Source: Candidatus Omnitrophota bacterium
GTDB taxonomy: Bacteria; Omnitrophota; Gorgyraeia; Tantalellales; Tantalellaceae
Assembly: GCA_016783605.1 (NCBI GenBank)
Contig: JADHWG010000001.1
Coordinates: forward strand, 4,712-68,711
DNA: 64,000 bases
Direction of reading: 5' to 3'
Shown: positions 39,165-49,330 of the stretch, piece by piece
Numbering within the stretch: position 1 is the first letter of the stretch
How the letters are laid out: each line of letters starts with the position of its first letter
Program-made: the position numbers and the translations under genes
The notes under the pieces: generated by a model
Told to the model about the DNA's origin: nothing
The model's input: the letters and a program-made list of their open reading frames with translations, nothing else
Database searches by the model: none

Positions 39165-39962
39165 CTACAAAACCTGCAGAACAATTTTGTTGATGTTCGC
39201 TATGTCTATTGTTTCTCTTCGGTCAATAAGAAACATTTTCGTGCTTTCCACCGCGAGAGCGCTGAATCCGTTTTCCGCCAAAAGCCTCATTGTGTCGGCT
39301 CCGACGGTCGGGACATCCCATCTCGAGTCTTGTTTCGGCCGACTCACTTTCACCATTACGCAGGCTCTTCCGGCAATTCCAAAAGCTCTTTTTATCACCT
39401 CATCCGTTCCTTCCATCGCCTCGACCGCGATCACTGTTTTATCTTTCACGATCAAGGTTTGCCCTATATCCATACCGGCGATCTGTTTTGCGATCGCGTA
39501 TCCGAATTCTATGTCGCGGCGAATTTTTTCATCGGGCTGAACGGCGCTTAAGACACCTTTTTCCGGCACAAGATGTGATAAATATTCTTTTCCGTCCATC
39601 ACTTCTATTCCGATTTTTTTTAGATGACGCGTAATCTCTTCCAAAATGGAATAGTCTTCCTTGTTTTTTAACTTTTTTAACGCGTTTTCGGCTTCCGTGT
39701 CGTATTTTTCGCTAAACAACACTTTTTTGTCTACCTTACCTAAAAGCGCCAAATGACGGATCCGCTCTCGGACCAGCAAAAAGGCAAATTTCGCGTATTG
39801 ACCGATCTCGACCCAATAAACTTTATGCGCGTCGCGCACGGCTTTCTCCGACGCCATGCCTCGAAGCGCGAATACCACCACTTTTTCTTCTCTGGCGGTC
39901 GCTTGCTTAATAAATTCTAACGGAAGACTCCCGCCGCCCGCTATTAATCCGATTTTTTTCAT
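39165..39962 (-). CDS. lpxI: UDP-2,3-diacylglucosamine hydrolase LpxI (DUF1009)
   Basis: IGLIAGGGSLP N-terminus plus DUF1009 architecture, in the lipid A cluster. The track start MKNLPPRQPRRLHLRGAI is a repeat translation, so I moved the start to MKKIGLI. Confidence 0.65.
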   Translation of the reverse strand: MKKIGLIAGGGSLPLEFIKQATAREEKVVVFALRGMASEKAVRDAHKVYWVEIGQYAKFAFLLVRERIRHLALLGKVDKKVLFSEKYDTEAENALKKLKNKEDYSILEEITRHLKKIGIEVMDGKEYLSHLVPEKGVLSAVQPDEKIRRDIEFGYAIAKQIAGMDIGQTLIVKDKTVIAVEAMEGTDEVIKRAFGIAGRACVMVKVSRPKQDSRWDVPTVGADTMRLLAENGFSALAVESTKMFLIDRRETIDIANINKIVLQVL

Positions 39963-39982
39963 GATATTGTCTGATTGTCTCA

Positions 39983-40047
39983 CCCCCTCGACAACCTCGT
40001 AGATTGCACCTCGTAGGTGCAACCTACGAGGTTGTCGAGGGGGTAAA
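39983..40047. repeat. family-B triloop-hairpin palindrome cluster
   Basis: caacctcgtagattgcacctcgtaggtgcaacctacgaggttg. Confidence 0.7.
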
Positions 40048-40105
40048 TTTTTCAATTTCTTTTGTCATCCCCGCTTAACGCCTGCGGGGACAAGCTTGAA
40101 TTTTG

Positions 40106-40558
40106 TCATTTGTCATTCTTAGAAACTATACTGAACATCAGATCCGCTTCGGCTACGACTTTGCCTTCGACGCTCGCTTTTCCGTGAGTCTGCACGATAT
40201 TTTCCCGCACGTGTTTAGTCACCTTTACGTCAAAAAGAAGCTGATCGCCCGGGACGACAGGTTTACGGAATTTCGCGTTATTGATCGTCATGAAAAACGC
40301 TATCTTTTCTTGGTTTTCTCCGTCAAGCAAAGCAAGAATACCGCTTGTCTGCGCGAGAGCTTCGATCATAAGAACTCCGGGCATTATCGGTTCAGCCGGA
40401 AAATGGCCCTGAAAAAACAGTTCATTCATGGTTACATTTTTGATCGCCTTTATCCATTCGCCTTCCTTATAATCTAAGACCCTATCCACCAAAAGAAAAG
40501 GATATCTATGTGGAAGCCGTTTCATGATTTCTTTAATATCAAGTGTTTTCTCAGCCAT
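40106..40558 (-). CDS. fabZ: 3-hydroxyacyl-ACP dehydratase
   Basis: LPHRYPFLLVD…FFQGHFP hotdog motifs. Confidence 0.9.
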   Translation of the reverse strand: MAEKTLDIKEIMKRLPHRYPFLLVDRVLDYKEGEWIKAIKNVTMNELFFQGHFPAEPIMPGVLMIEALAQTSGILALLDGENQEKIAFFMTINNAKFRKPVVPGDQLLFDVKVTKHVRENIVQTHGKASVEGKVVAEADLMFSIVSKNDK

Positions 40559-40581
40559 TGTTTTCTCCTTATGTTTTGTTA

Positions 40582-41418
40582 TTATTTCTTACAGACATAT
40601 TTTTCATAGATTCTTCTCATCATTTTCACGTTTAAATCGTGTCCGGAACGTTTCGCTTCAACACGTCCGATTATCGGCAGACCCAGCAAATATAAGTCTC
40701 CTACAAGATCCAGTATTTTATGTCTCACCGGCTCGTTCTCGAAACGAAAAGAGGTCTCTACCGGTCCGGTTTCATCGAGAACAAGCGTGTTTTCGTATGT
40801 CGCTCCGCGACCAAGCCCGGCTTTTAAAAGGGCTTCCGCTTCAGCCTTCAAACAAAAAGTTCGGGCCGGAGCAATTTCTTTTTTGAAAGTTTCACGCACC
40901 CGGCACATTTTTAGTGTTTCATCTTTTATCGCGCCAGAGGCGTACTCCATTTGATATGAAACACTGAATTCCGCGTCCGGAAAGATCGAGAGAGAGTTTT
41001 CTCCGACAGAAACTTCTTCTTTTTCGGAAATTTTTATAAATTCGCGTTCTTCCGGTTGTTCTTTGATCCCGGCGTTTGTTAATCCTTCAAGAAATTCTAT
41101 GGAACTTCCCCCGGCGGCCGGCAGTTCCGCGCCGTCAAGTTCCACGATAAGAGAATCTATTTCCAGAGCCCATAACGCCGCTAAAAAATGTTCAACGGTC
41201 TGAACTTCTCCGGCAGAGGAAGAAAGCACGGTTCGTCGTTGGCCGGAAGAAAACATCGCCTCGCTTAGAGGAAATACGGGACGCGTTTCGAGATCGGTTC
41301 TTTTAAAAATTATGCCGGAGCCGGCATCGTTTGGTTTACACACAACTCGGGTCTCCCGCCCGGTTTGAAGCGCTTTACCTTCAAAACTTATTTCTTTCTC
41401 TATTGTTTTTTTCTTCAT
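40582..41418 (-). CDS. lpxC: UDP-3-O-acyl-GlcNAc deacetylase
   Basis: Full-length LpxC (278 aa) with a conserved HKxLD-like region. Confidence 0.9.
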   Translation of the reverse strand: MKKKTIEKEISFEGKALQTGRETRVVCKPNDAGSGIIFKRTDLETRPVFPLSEAMFSSGQRRTVLSSSAGEVQTVEHFLAALWALEIDSLIVELDGAELPAAGGSSIEFLEGLTNAGIKEQPEEREFIKISEKEEVSVGENSLSIFPDAEFSVSYQMEYASGAIKDETLKMCRVRETFKKEIAPARTFCLKAEAEALLKAGLGRGATYENTLVLDETGPVETSFRFENEPVRHKILDLVGDLYLLGLPIIGRVEAKRSGHDLNVKMMRRIYEKYVCKK

Positions 41419-41487
41419 CTTTTGTTCGGTATCTTCTTGTTATACAATTACACTAATTAATCGTACATTTTAATGTTTTTCCATTTT

Positions 41488-41553
41488 ATTCGGGCACATG
41501 CAATGTGCCCCTACAATTCGGGCAAATCTATTCGGGCACATGCAATGTGCCCC
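41488..41553. repeat. family-C palindromes, two copies (TTCGGGCACATGCAATGTGCCC)
   Basis: Also present at 48496..48557 (two copies) and 49309..49330. Confidence 0.75.
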
Positions 41554-41736
41554 CACAATTTGTTTTGGCCGCCAAGCGGACCCATGTGTCCGCCCGCCTT
41601 GCTATCCCGGGATCTCGTATGTCCCCAACAATAGTTTAGTTTGAACACCTAAATATACGCATACACAAAGGCCAACACCTCGCTTCTTGAGAATATTGGC
41701 CTTTATAAATTTTTGGCTTCGGTTGTTTTTATTTTT

Positions 41737-42255
41737 TTATTTCTCACTGTTTAGTTTTTTTATCACTTGGTCCGTAAGTTCATATTTTTCGTTGGCGAAC
41801 ATAATGTTTCTCGAATCAAAAATATAGTCGTATTCGTCTTCTTTTCCCAATTTTTCAACCACTTTTTGGATGTCCTCGACAACTTCTTTGAACATATCGT
41901 TTTCTTTGCCCAAAAGTTCCTGACGAGCTTCCCGCTCAAACTCTTGTATTTCAAGAGATTTATCGTTTATCTGTTTCATCTTTTTTTCTTTCGCGGAGCC
42001 GGTTAAAAGTTCCGCTTCATCTCTCAATTTTGATATGGCCTCTATCATTTTGTCGCGTTTCGCTTGGCGGTCTTCGGTCAAATCGTCAATACTGTCTTTC
42101 ATGGTTTTGGTTTTATCGTATTCATAAAAAGCTTTCCTTAGGTCTACATACCCGACCTTACCGTTTTCCGCCATAACAAAAGAGGGTTTCATTAAAAAAA
42201 GAACTGCCGCTACCATGAACATAACAACTGTTTTTCTACCCATTTTTTTCATCAT
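41737..42255 (-). CDS. skp: periplasmic chaperone Skp/OmpH
   Basis: Signal peptide plus coiled-coil, located upstream of bamA. Confidence 0.7.
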   Translation of the reverse strand: MMKKMGRKTVVMFMVAAVLFLMKPSFVMAENGKVGYVDLRKAFYEYDKTKTMKDSIDDLTEDRQAKRDKMIEAISKLRDEAELLTGSAKEKKMKQINDKSLEIQEFEREARQELLGKENDMFKEVVEDIQKVVEKLGKEDEYDYIFDSRNIMFANEKYELTDQVIKKLNSEK

Positions 42256-42268
42256 CTTCTCCTTTTGA

Positions 42269-44587
42269 TTAAAATCCGTGGCTTACGCTAAAATAAAACT
42301 GTCCTTCTTTTTTGTCGCCTTCATTGTCATTAAGCGGGTATCCGTAATCAAGCTTTACCGGTCCGATAGGAGTTTTTACCCGCACACCGACACCGACACC
42401 TTGTTTATATTCGGAATCTGAAAACATTTCGCTGAACTGCGTTGTTACATTTCCGACATCGTAAAAAACCGCGCCTTTTATTACTCTTTTGAATAGCGGG
42501 AAAGTAACTTCCGCGTTTCCGATCAAAAGCGCTTTACCTCCGACAACTATGTTTTTATCGACCGAGTCTCTCGGGCCCACACCTCTTTCTTTATATCCCC
42601 TTATGGTTGTCGCGCCTCCGACATAAAACCTTTCGTATATCGGCACAGAATCGGTATTGGCATAATTTTCAACAACTCCGCCTCTGCCGGAAAGTTCCAA
42701 AACCACTCTATCGACAATACTGTGAAAAATGTTCGAATATCCGTAAAACTTGTAAAAATCTCTGTCCCCGCCGATAAACCCGCCGGCATTTTCCAAGGCA
42801 AACCCGGTAACAAGACCTTTTGACGGTGAATACTGATTATCCCTCGAATCATATTTCATGCGCCACGTCAATCTGCTTAAAGCATTCGCCCCTCTTTCGT
42901 CTTTAAGAGCGTTACTCGCCTCATTCGGCAGTTCGCTTATGTTGACTTCTTCGAGGTTATATAAAAGTCCGGTGCTCACAGTATCGGACAGATCTTTACC
43001 CAGTCTCAGCGACCCTCCTGTGCGTCTTTCCGCATAATCATATCCTGACGTTCCCAACTTTTTATGTTCGTTCCTGTAAAGGTCGAATCCGAATAAACAT
43101 GGATAATCGAATATCCATGGATCCGTCCAACTCACATAATAGTTGTTCTTCGCGCTACCGGCTTCGGCTCTGACAACAAGATCTTGTCCGCTTCCCGTGA
43201 AAGTGGGAAAATTCAAAATATCAAAATTGCGCTGACGGATCTGCACAAATCCGATAAACGCGTCAACAGAACTATATCCACCGCCCAGAGAAAAGTCGCC
43301 CGTTTTTGTTTCTTTCACCGTTACGTTCAAATTTTTAACATTTTTCTGTTTTGTCGGAACGGTTTCGAGATACACATCTTCGAAAAAACCTAAGTTGTAA
43401 ATACGTTCTTTACCTTTTTTAAGCTGTTTACCGTCATATTTTTCGCCCGGATACGTTCTTAATTCTCGGCGTATGACTTTATCTTTTGTTTTTGTGTTGC
43501 CGACAATATTAACTTTGCCGACAAACGTCTCTTCTTTCGCGTTGATATCATACGTGAGATCCATCCGATCGTTCGACGCGTCATATTGATGAAGCAAGTT
43601 CACTTCCGCGTTCATATATCCCTTGTCGTAGTAGAGCATACGGATTTTTTCGACGTCTTCTTTTATTTTCTCATAGTCAAACGTATCTCCTGACTTTAGT
43701 TTTATTTCTTTACGCACTTCTTTTTCCGGAAAAACAAGATTGCCTTGAAGCGAAACTTTTCCTATCAGATACTTGTTACCCTCGTTCACAACAACTATGG
43801 CTATGATCTTTTTTTTGTCCTCGGTATACTCGGTCCTACCGGTAACCTGCGCGTCTAAAAAGCCTTTACTTCTGTAAGCGGCTCTTACTCTGTCCAAATC
43901 GGCCTGGAATTTATCCTCATCAAACGCGCCTTTTTGAAGAAACCAAAATTCCGGTTTGATAGCCATGTATTTCTTTATTTCGTTTTCGGAAAGGTTTTTA
44001 TTCCCTTCCACCTTAATGGCTTTTACCTTGAGCGCCACACCTTCGTTTATCTGAAATGTAACTATCGCTTTTCCGGTTTCGGGATTGGTTTTAGCTTTAT
44101 AGTTAACTTTAACCTTATTGTAGCCCTCTTCCAGATAAAAGTTCTTTAGAGCCGCGGCATCCTGTTGAGCAAGATGAAAATCCAAAAGGGTGCCTTTTTT
44201 TATGACTATTTTTTGTTCCAATTTCGCTTTCTTTATGCGGGAAGCGCCTTTGATCTCGATTTTCGCGATAATTGGTTTTTCAACCACCGTAAAAATAACC
44301 ACAACTCCTTCCGGACGAAACTTGGTTTCGACAAATACGTCCGAAAAATATCCCATCGCGTAGAGACGTTTCAGTTCTTTGTTCAGTGCTCCTTTTTCAA
44401 ATACATTTCCCTTGCGCAATTTGATCTTGTTCAAAATGGTGGCTGTACTGATAGCGTGATTTCCCTTAACTTGGATATCTATTATCTTTTTCACGCTCTT
44501 ATCGCTAATATCCGAATGCGCGGTAGGATAAAATACACTGGCCGCTAACACAAAAGTGAAAATGATCACGAGTAATCGTTTTCTCAT
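42269..44587 (-). CDS. bamA: outer membrane protein assembly factor BamA
   Basis: POTRA repeats plus a C-terminal Omp85 barrel ending in …GF. Confidence 0.9.
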   Translation of the reverse strand: MRKRLLVIIFTFVLAASVFYPTAHSDISDKSVKKIIDIQVKGNHAISTATILNKIKLRKGNVFEKGALNKELKRLYAMGYFSDVFVETKFRPEGVVVIFTVVEKPIIAKIEIKGASRIKKAKLEQKIVIKKGTLLDFHLAQQDAAALKNFYLEEGYNKVKVNYKAKTNPETGKAIVTFQINEGVALKVKAIKVEGNKNLSENEIKKYMAIKPEFWFLQKGAFDEDKFQADLDRVRAAYRSKGFLDAQVTGRTEYTEDKKKIIAIVVVNEGNKYLIGKVSLQGNLVFPEKEVRKEIKLKSGDTFDYEKIKEDVEKIRMLYYDKGYMNAEVNLLHQYDASNDRMDLTYDINAKEETFVGKVNIVGNTKTKDKVIRRELRTYPGEKYDGKQLKKGKERIYNLGFFEDVYLETVPTKQKNVKNLNVTVKETKTGDFSLGGGYSSVDAFIGFVQIRQRNFDILNFPTFTGSGQDLVVRAEAGSAKNNYYVSWTDPWIFDYPCLFGFDLYRNEHKKLGTSGYDYAERRTGGSLRLGKDLSDTVSTGLLYNLEEVNISELPNEASNALKDERGANALSRLTWRMKYDSRDNQYSPSKGLVTGFALENAGGFIGGDRDFYKFYGYSNIFHSIVDRVVLELSGRGGVVENYANTDSVPIYERFYVGGATTIRGYKERGVGPRDSVDKNIVVGGKALLIGNAEVTFPLFKRVIKGAVFYDVGNVTTQFSEMFSDSEYKQGVGVGVRVKTPIGPVKLDYGYPLNDNEGDKKEGQFYFSVSHGF

Positions 44588-45945
44588 TAGAAACCTTCTT
44601 CCTCTTTTTCCAGCCTGGATAAATTGCTGAATTTTGTATATTCCGGTAAAAACGCGAGTTTTATCGTGCCTACCGGGCCGTGTCTTTGTTTCGCGATTAT
44701 CAGTTCCGCCACGCCCTTATTTTCTTCGGTGGGGTTATAATATTCTTCCCTCAAGAGCAGCATGACCAGATCCGCGTCCTGTTCAATGGCTCCGGATTCT
44801 CTTAGATCCGAAAGTTGAGGCCGGTGATCCGCTCTTTGCTCCACCGCCCTTGAAAGCTGGCTGATGGCTATAAGCGGCACGTCCAATTCGCGCGCCAACG
44901 CTTTCATGGATCTGGATATTTCAGATATCTCTTGCTGACGATTCTCATTTCTCGTCTCCCCCCGCATAAGCTGCAAGTAGTCTATGATAATAAGTTGGAT
45001 GTCATGCTTGGCTTTTAGTCTTCTCGCTTTAGCCCTTATTTCGAGAGCGGATATTCCGGGAGTGTCATCTATATAGATCGGAGATTCTGAAAGTTTCCCC
45101 GCGGCTGTTACAAGCTTCGGCCAATCTGATTGAGCAAAAAATCCCGTACGCACTTTGTGGGCGTTGACTCCGGCTATGGAGCAAAGCATTCTTTGCGCGA
45201 GCTGTTCTTTGGACATTTCCAAACTGAAATATACTGAAGGAACCTTTTTCACCACACCCGCGTATTCGAGCATGGAAATCGCAAGAGCGCTTTTTCCCAT
45301 GGAAGGTCGTCCGGCAAGAACAAGAAGATCCGATTTTTGAAGACCGGCAGTCATTACATCCAGGTCATGGAACCCCGTCGGGATGCCGGTAATATTCTCT
45401 TTTCGTTGGTATAGTCTATCGATCGTTTCAATACTTTCTTTGACGATCTCTTTCATCCCGGAAATACTCATACTCTTTTTCTGGTTTGAAGTAATGTCAA
45501 AGATGAGTTTTTCCGCCCTGTCCAAAAGGCTGTTAACTTCACTGGCAGGTTCAAAACTTTCACCGACGATTTTGGTAGCGGTGTCTATTAATTTTCTCAG
45601 GAGATATTTTTCGCGTACGATCTTGGAATAATGGTTGATGTTAGCGGATGTCGGAATGCTTGTGGCAAGTTCTGAAATATACGCCGGACCTCCGACATTG
45701 TCCAGAACGTTTCGTTTTTTCAGTTCTTCCGTAAGTGTGACTATGTCGACAGCTTCGTTTTCATCATACAATTTGATTATGGCTTGGAATATTTCACGAT
45801 GGCTTTGGGAATAAAAAGCGGTCCGTTCTAAATGCTCTACGGCGCTGGATATGGCGTCCCGGTCGATCAGCATCGCTCCCAAGACAGCCACTTCCGCCTC
45901 CATGTTTTGCGGAGGCACTTTTTCGATAAGCGTTTTCGGAATCAT
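44587..45945 (-). CDS. dnaB: replicative DNA helicase
   Basis: DnaB N-terminal domain, Walker A GRPSMGKSA, and the RecA-like C-terminal domain. Confidence 0.9.
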   Translation of the reverse strand: MIPKTLIEKVPPQNMEAEVAVLGAMLIDRDAISSAVEHLERTAFYSQSHREIFQAIIKLYDENEAVDIVTLTEELKKRNVLDNVGGPAYISELATSIPTSANINHYSKIVREKYLLRKLIDTATKIVGESFEPASEVNSLLDRAEKLIFDITSNQKKSMSISGMKEIVKESIETIDRLYQRKENITGIPTGFHDLDVMTAGLQKSDLLVLAGRPSMGKSALAISMLEYAGVVKKVPSVYFSLEMSKEQLAQRMLCSIAGVNAHKVRTGFFAQSDWPKLVTAAGKLSESPIYIDDTPGISALEIRAKARRLKAKHDIQLIIIDYLQLMRGETRNENRQQEISEISRSMKALARELDVPLIAISQLSRAVEQRADHRPQLSDLRESGAIEQDADLVMLLLREEYYNPTEENKGVAELIIAKQRHGPVGTIKLAFLPEYTKFSNLSRLEKEEEGF

Positions 45946-45988
45946 TTGATTTTTTTCGGAAAGGATCGGGAAAGTTCAAAAAATTTTG

Positions 45989-46435
45989 TTATTCTTTAAC
46001 TATCCAGATCCTCGCCTCGGCCTTAACTTCCGGATGAAGCCGGATTTCAATATTATAAACACCGAGCGCTTTTATCGGTTCTTCCAGAGCTATTTTTCGT
46101 CTGTCGATCTCAATGCCTTCGTCTTTTAGAACCTCGGCTATCATTTCAGCCGTCACGGTTCCGAACAGTTTATCTTTTTCTCCGGCACGAACGGAAATGG
46201 TACATGAAACGGCTTTGATCTTCTCGGCGAGTTCGAGACAATTATCTTTAATTTTCTGTTCCCGGCGGCGCCTTTCTTGTTTCTTTTGCTCAAGTATTTT
46301 AAGCGCGCCTTTATTGGACTCAATAACTAATTTTCTGGGAATTAAATAATTTCGGGCATAGCCGTCCTTCACTTCTAATTCGTCCCCGATACCACCCAAC
46401 TTGTCCACATCTTTCATTAAAATTACTTTCATCAC
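45989..46435 (-). CDS. rplI: 50S ribosomal protein L9
   Basis: [14 protein letters not shown]-terminus. Confidence 0.9.
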   Translation of the reverse strand: MMKVILMKDVDKLGGIGDELEVKDGYARNYLIPRKLVIESNKGALKILEQKKQERRRREQKIKDNCLELAEKIKAVSCTISVRAGEKDKLFGTVTAEMIAEVLKDEGIEIDRRKIALEEPIKALGVYNIEIRLHPEVKAEARIWIVKE

Positions 46436-46713
46436 GCTCTCCTCGGCCTTCTACGCGCCAACCCTTCTTTTATCTTCACAAAAGGAAGTAGTGCCGCTAA
46501 ACGCGCTCTTTTTACGGCGCCGGCAACCATCCTCTGATGTTTCGCGCAATTACCGGTGATACGAGAAGTTATGATTCTTCCTCTGTCGGATATAAATTTG
46601 TTCAAGAAATCAACATCCTTGTAATCAAGAGATTCAATCTTGTTTCTGCACAATCGGCAAGGTCTTTTTTTTAGAATTTTTCTGGTCTTCTTTTCCACTT
46701 TCTTCTTTTTCAT
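46432..46713 (-). CDS. rpsR: 30S ribosomal protein S18
   Basis: CRLCR…DYKDV…LNKFISDRG family motifs. Confidence 0.85.
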   Translation of the reverse strand: MKKKKVEKKTRKILKKRPCRLCRNKIESLDYKDVDFLNKFISDRGRIITSRITGNCAKHQRMVAGAVKRARLAALLPFVKIKEGLARRRPRRA

Positions 46714-46775
46714 AATTTTTCACTCACTATTGTTAGTGCTCCCTCTTAAGTTAAACGCCATTGTTCCTTAAAATA

Positions 46776-47258
46776 TTAGAACGGAGTTTGGTCACTTCCG
46801 CCACCGGATTCCGCCCCTACATCTATCGACTCCACTCCATTGAAACTATTTTCTCTTTGTTCGGGTTTTGCGGCTTTAGGCGCTGAATCAAACCCGCTGT
46901 CTCTCTGAGATTGCTGATTTTTATCACGTGAGCCAAGGAATTGCACACTTGTTGCGACAACGTCCACGGCGTTTCTCTTCTGCCCTTCAGGAGTTTCCCA
47001 CGTACGGGATTTCAGCCGTCCCTCAACCAAAACCTGTCTGCCTTTTGTAAGATATTCTCCACAAATTTCCGCCATCTTCCCCCATACGACAACACGAAGG
47101 AACGACGTATCTTCTTTTCTTTCTCCGGCGTTGTCTTTATAGGTCCTGTTAACCGCCACGCTAAAATTAGCTACTGCCGAACCGCTTGGAACATATCTCA
47201 GTTCCGGATCTCTCGTCAAATTGCCCATTAAAAAAACTTTGTTCATGCTGGCAGCCAT
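46776..47258 (-). CDS. ssb: single-stranded DNA-binding protein
   Basis: OB-fold N-terminus MNKVFLMGNLTRDPELRY and an acidic C-terminal tail …DQTPF. Confidence 0.85.
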   Translation of the reverse strand: MAASMNKVFLMGNLTRDPELRYVPSGSAVANFSVAVNRTYKDNAGERKEDTSFLRVVVWGKMAEICGEYLTKGRQVLVEGRLKSRTWETPEGQKRNAVDVVATSVQFLGSRDKNQQSQRDSGFDSAPKAAKPEQRENSFNGVESIDVGAESGGGSDQTPF

Positions 47259-47361
47259 GATCCCTCCTACGTTGTTTGTGGATACAGTACCGCATAACGA
47301 ATAACCCGGAGAGAAAATTTCTATTTCCCTCCGCGCTCACGCCTTACGCGCTACTCTTAAT

Positions 47362-47652
47362 TCAACCTGCTAAATCTATCAACGACCTCAGTATATCAGT
47401 ATTTATGTTGAACATTCTCTGTATTTTTGAAATACTTTCGGGCACAGCAGAGAAGGTAACCTCATAATATATACCGCTATTGTTCTTCTTAATAGGATAT
47501 GCGAGATTTTTTCTGCCTATCATATTATCCTTCAGGATCTTTCCTGAATTGTCGTTGATAACCGCAGTTATACTGCGCTTCACATCATCGATCGCTTCGG
47601 GTTTTTCCGGAGTGATGATGAAAAGTCCTGTGTATGATCTTACTTTTTCCAT
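47362..47652 (-). CDS. rpsF: 30S ribosomal protein S6
   Basis: rpsF-ssb-rpsR-rplI gene order and a 96-aa protein. Confidence 0.85.
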   Translation of the reverse strand: MEKVRSYTGLFIITPEKPEAIDDVKRSITAVINDNSGKILKDNMIGRKNLAYPIKKNNSGIYYEVTFSAVPESISKIQRMFNINTDILRSLIDLAG

Positions 47653-47716
47653 ATTTTACCACCATTTTTGATTGTTAAATAATAACACACATACCCACCA
47701 CATTCAAGAGTTAATT

Positions 47717-47855
47717 GAGGGGTCGGGGAGTTTCCCGACTCCTCATCCTGAAGCCCAAAGGGCTGAAGGATCTCTATAGATTCTTTTGGAAGATTAACAA
47801 GAGATCCTTCGCTTTGCTCAGGATGAGTGGTCGGAGAAAAACTCCCCGACCCCTC
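47717..47855. mobile_element. MITE-1, copy 1 (139 bp; TIR GAGGGGTCGGGGAG; TSD AGTTAATT)
   Basis: ~60-bp imperfect inverted arms; identical 8-bp direct repeats flank the element at 47709..47716 and 47856..47863; inserted next to a REP-A copy. Confidence 0.8.
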
Positions 47856-47885
47856 AGTTAATTGAGGGCACGGCATGCCGTGCCC

Positions 47886-48434
47886 CTACGAAATCGGCAT
47901 ATTCGTTCTATCTTCACGAATCCACATTTGGGCGGCTTGGGAGGCATTTTGTATCGCTTCTTTTATTTGAGCTCGTTCTCCGCGCGGGAAAGACGCCAAT
48001 ACATACGAAGAGGTGTCTCCGGTAACCGCCGCGCCTATCCCAACCCTAAGTCTGGCGAAATCAGGTCCGATTCTATCAATTATTGATTGAAGCCCGTTAT
48101 GTCCGCCCGCGCTCCCCTTTTCACGAAACCTTATGCTTCCAAGCGGAAGATTAAAATCGTCGCTTATCACCAATACGTCTTTCGCCTTATCTTCGGCTTT
48201 AGACGCGAGAACCGCGTTTACCGCTTCTCCGGACAAATTCATGTATGTTGACGGCCTAAACAGCATCACTTCCCGTCCTTTTACACGTCCAATCCCATAT
48301 GTCCCGTTAAAACCTTTTTTCCCAAGCCGAATTCTATGCGTTTCGGAAAGAGTTTTGATCACCATAAATCCGACATTGTGTCTTGTGTTTCTATACCGCA
48401 ATCCCGGATTTCCTAATCCAACAATGATTTTCAT
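47886..48434 (-). CDS. pth: peptidyl-tRNA hydrolase
   Basis: N-terminus MKIIVGLGNPG…RHN. I moved the start to the internal Met. Confidence 0.85.
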   Translation of the reverse strand: MKIIVGLGNPGLRYRNTRHNVGFMVIKTLSETHRIRLGKKGFNGTYGIGRVKGREVMLFRPSTYMNLSGEAVNAVLASKAEDKAKDVLVISDDFNLPLGSIRFREKGSAGGHNGLQSIIDRIGPDFARLRVGIGAAVTGDTSSYVLASFPRGERAQIKEAIQNASQAAQMWIREDRTNMPIS

Positions 48435-48566
48435 TATGCAAACTCCAACTTTCGCAGGCTGTGCCCTATCCACCTACGAGGCGGAATAGCTTCTTGAGGC
48501 ACATGCAATGTGCCCGTTCGATTCGGGCAAATTTATTCGGGCACATTGCATGTGCCCGTTCGAATC

Positions 48567-49283
48567 TTATTTGTCCTTTTTCTCGTGAGTTGCTTCCTGA
48601 CCGGCTTCGGCTTCGGCTCCGGCTTCGCCTTCTTCTTCCTTCTTACCCTTCTTAATAACTTCCGGTTCTTCCGTTTCTTCTTCGGAAAGTTCTTCTTTTT
48701 CCTCTTCCTCTTCCACTTTCGGCAGATGTACGGAAGCTATAACCTTTTCAGGGTCGTCCAAAACATGAACGTCCTGCGGGAATTCCACATCTTTAATGTG
48801 AAGAGCGTCGCCGATATGCAAGTTCTCGACATTCACCGTGATCTCGTCCGGAATGGCCGTAGGCATACATTCCATCTCAATTTCCCAAACTACCTGCGCC
48901 AACACGCCTTCTTCCTCTTTCACTCCGACTGCTTCGCCTTTGGCGACAACCGGAACTTTAACTTTGAGTTTTTCCTTAAGAGAAATTTCGTGAAAATCAA
49001 CGTGTACCACTTCGTCACTGACCGGATCAAGCTGAATTTCCTGAACAATAACCGTTTTCTTCAGATGTTTTTCCTCACCGGTTATATCCATGCTGATGAT
49101 CGCGTTGCCGCCGGCTTCCGTATGAAGAGCTCTCCACAGATCTTTTTTACCGATCTGAACATTTGCTCCCAGCTTGCCTCCTCTGTATACTACGGCGGGA
49201 ATTTCTCCGATCTTTCTTAGATGCTTACATCCGCTTTTCCCGAAATCTTTTCGAACTACCGCTTTTAGTGTTATCTTTTCCAT
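48567..49283 (-). CDS. rplY: 50S ribosomal protein L25 / general stress protein Ctc, with acidic-Lys C-terminal extension
   Basis: L25 beta-barrel N-domain, Ctc-type C-domain, and a low-complexity tail. Confidence 0.8.
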   Translation of the reverse strand: MEKITLKAVVRKDFGKSGCKHLRKIGEIPAVVYRGGKLGANVQIGKKDLWRALHTEAGGNAIISMDITGEEKHLKKTVIVQEIQLDPVSDEVVHVDFHEISLKEKLKVKVPVVAKGEAVGVKEEEGVLAQVVWEIEMECMPTAIPDEITVNVENLHIGDALHIKDVEFPQDVHVLDDPEKVIASVHLPKVEEEEEKEELSEEETEEPEVIKKGKKEEEGEAGAEAEAGQEATHEKKDK

Positions 49284-49330
49284 TTACTTCACCTCTCCTT
49301 GATGTTTATTCGGGCACATGCAATGTGCCC

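Noticed and set aside
47886-48473. Possibility that the MITE-1 copies are structured ncRNAs (riboswitch or sRNA) rather than mobile elements.
   Set aside because: Each copy is flanked by a different, perfectly duplicated 8-bp target sequence, and one copy has an internal deletion. The arms do not show compensatory changes. This is transposon behaviour, not a conserved RNA.}
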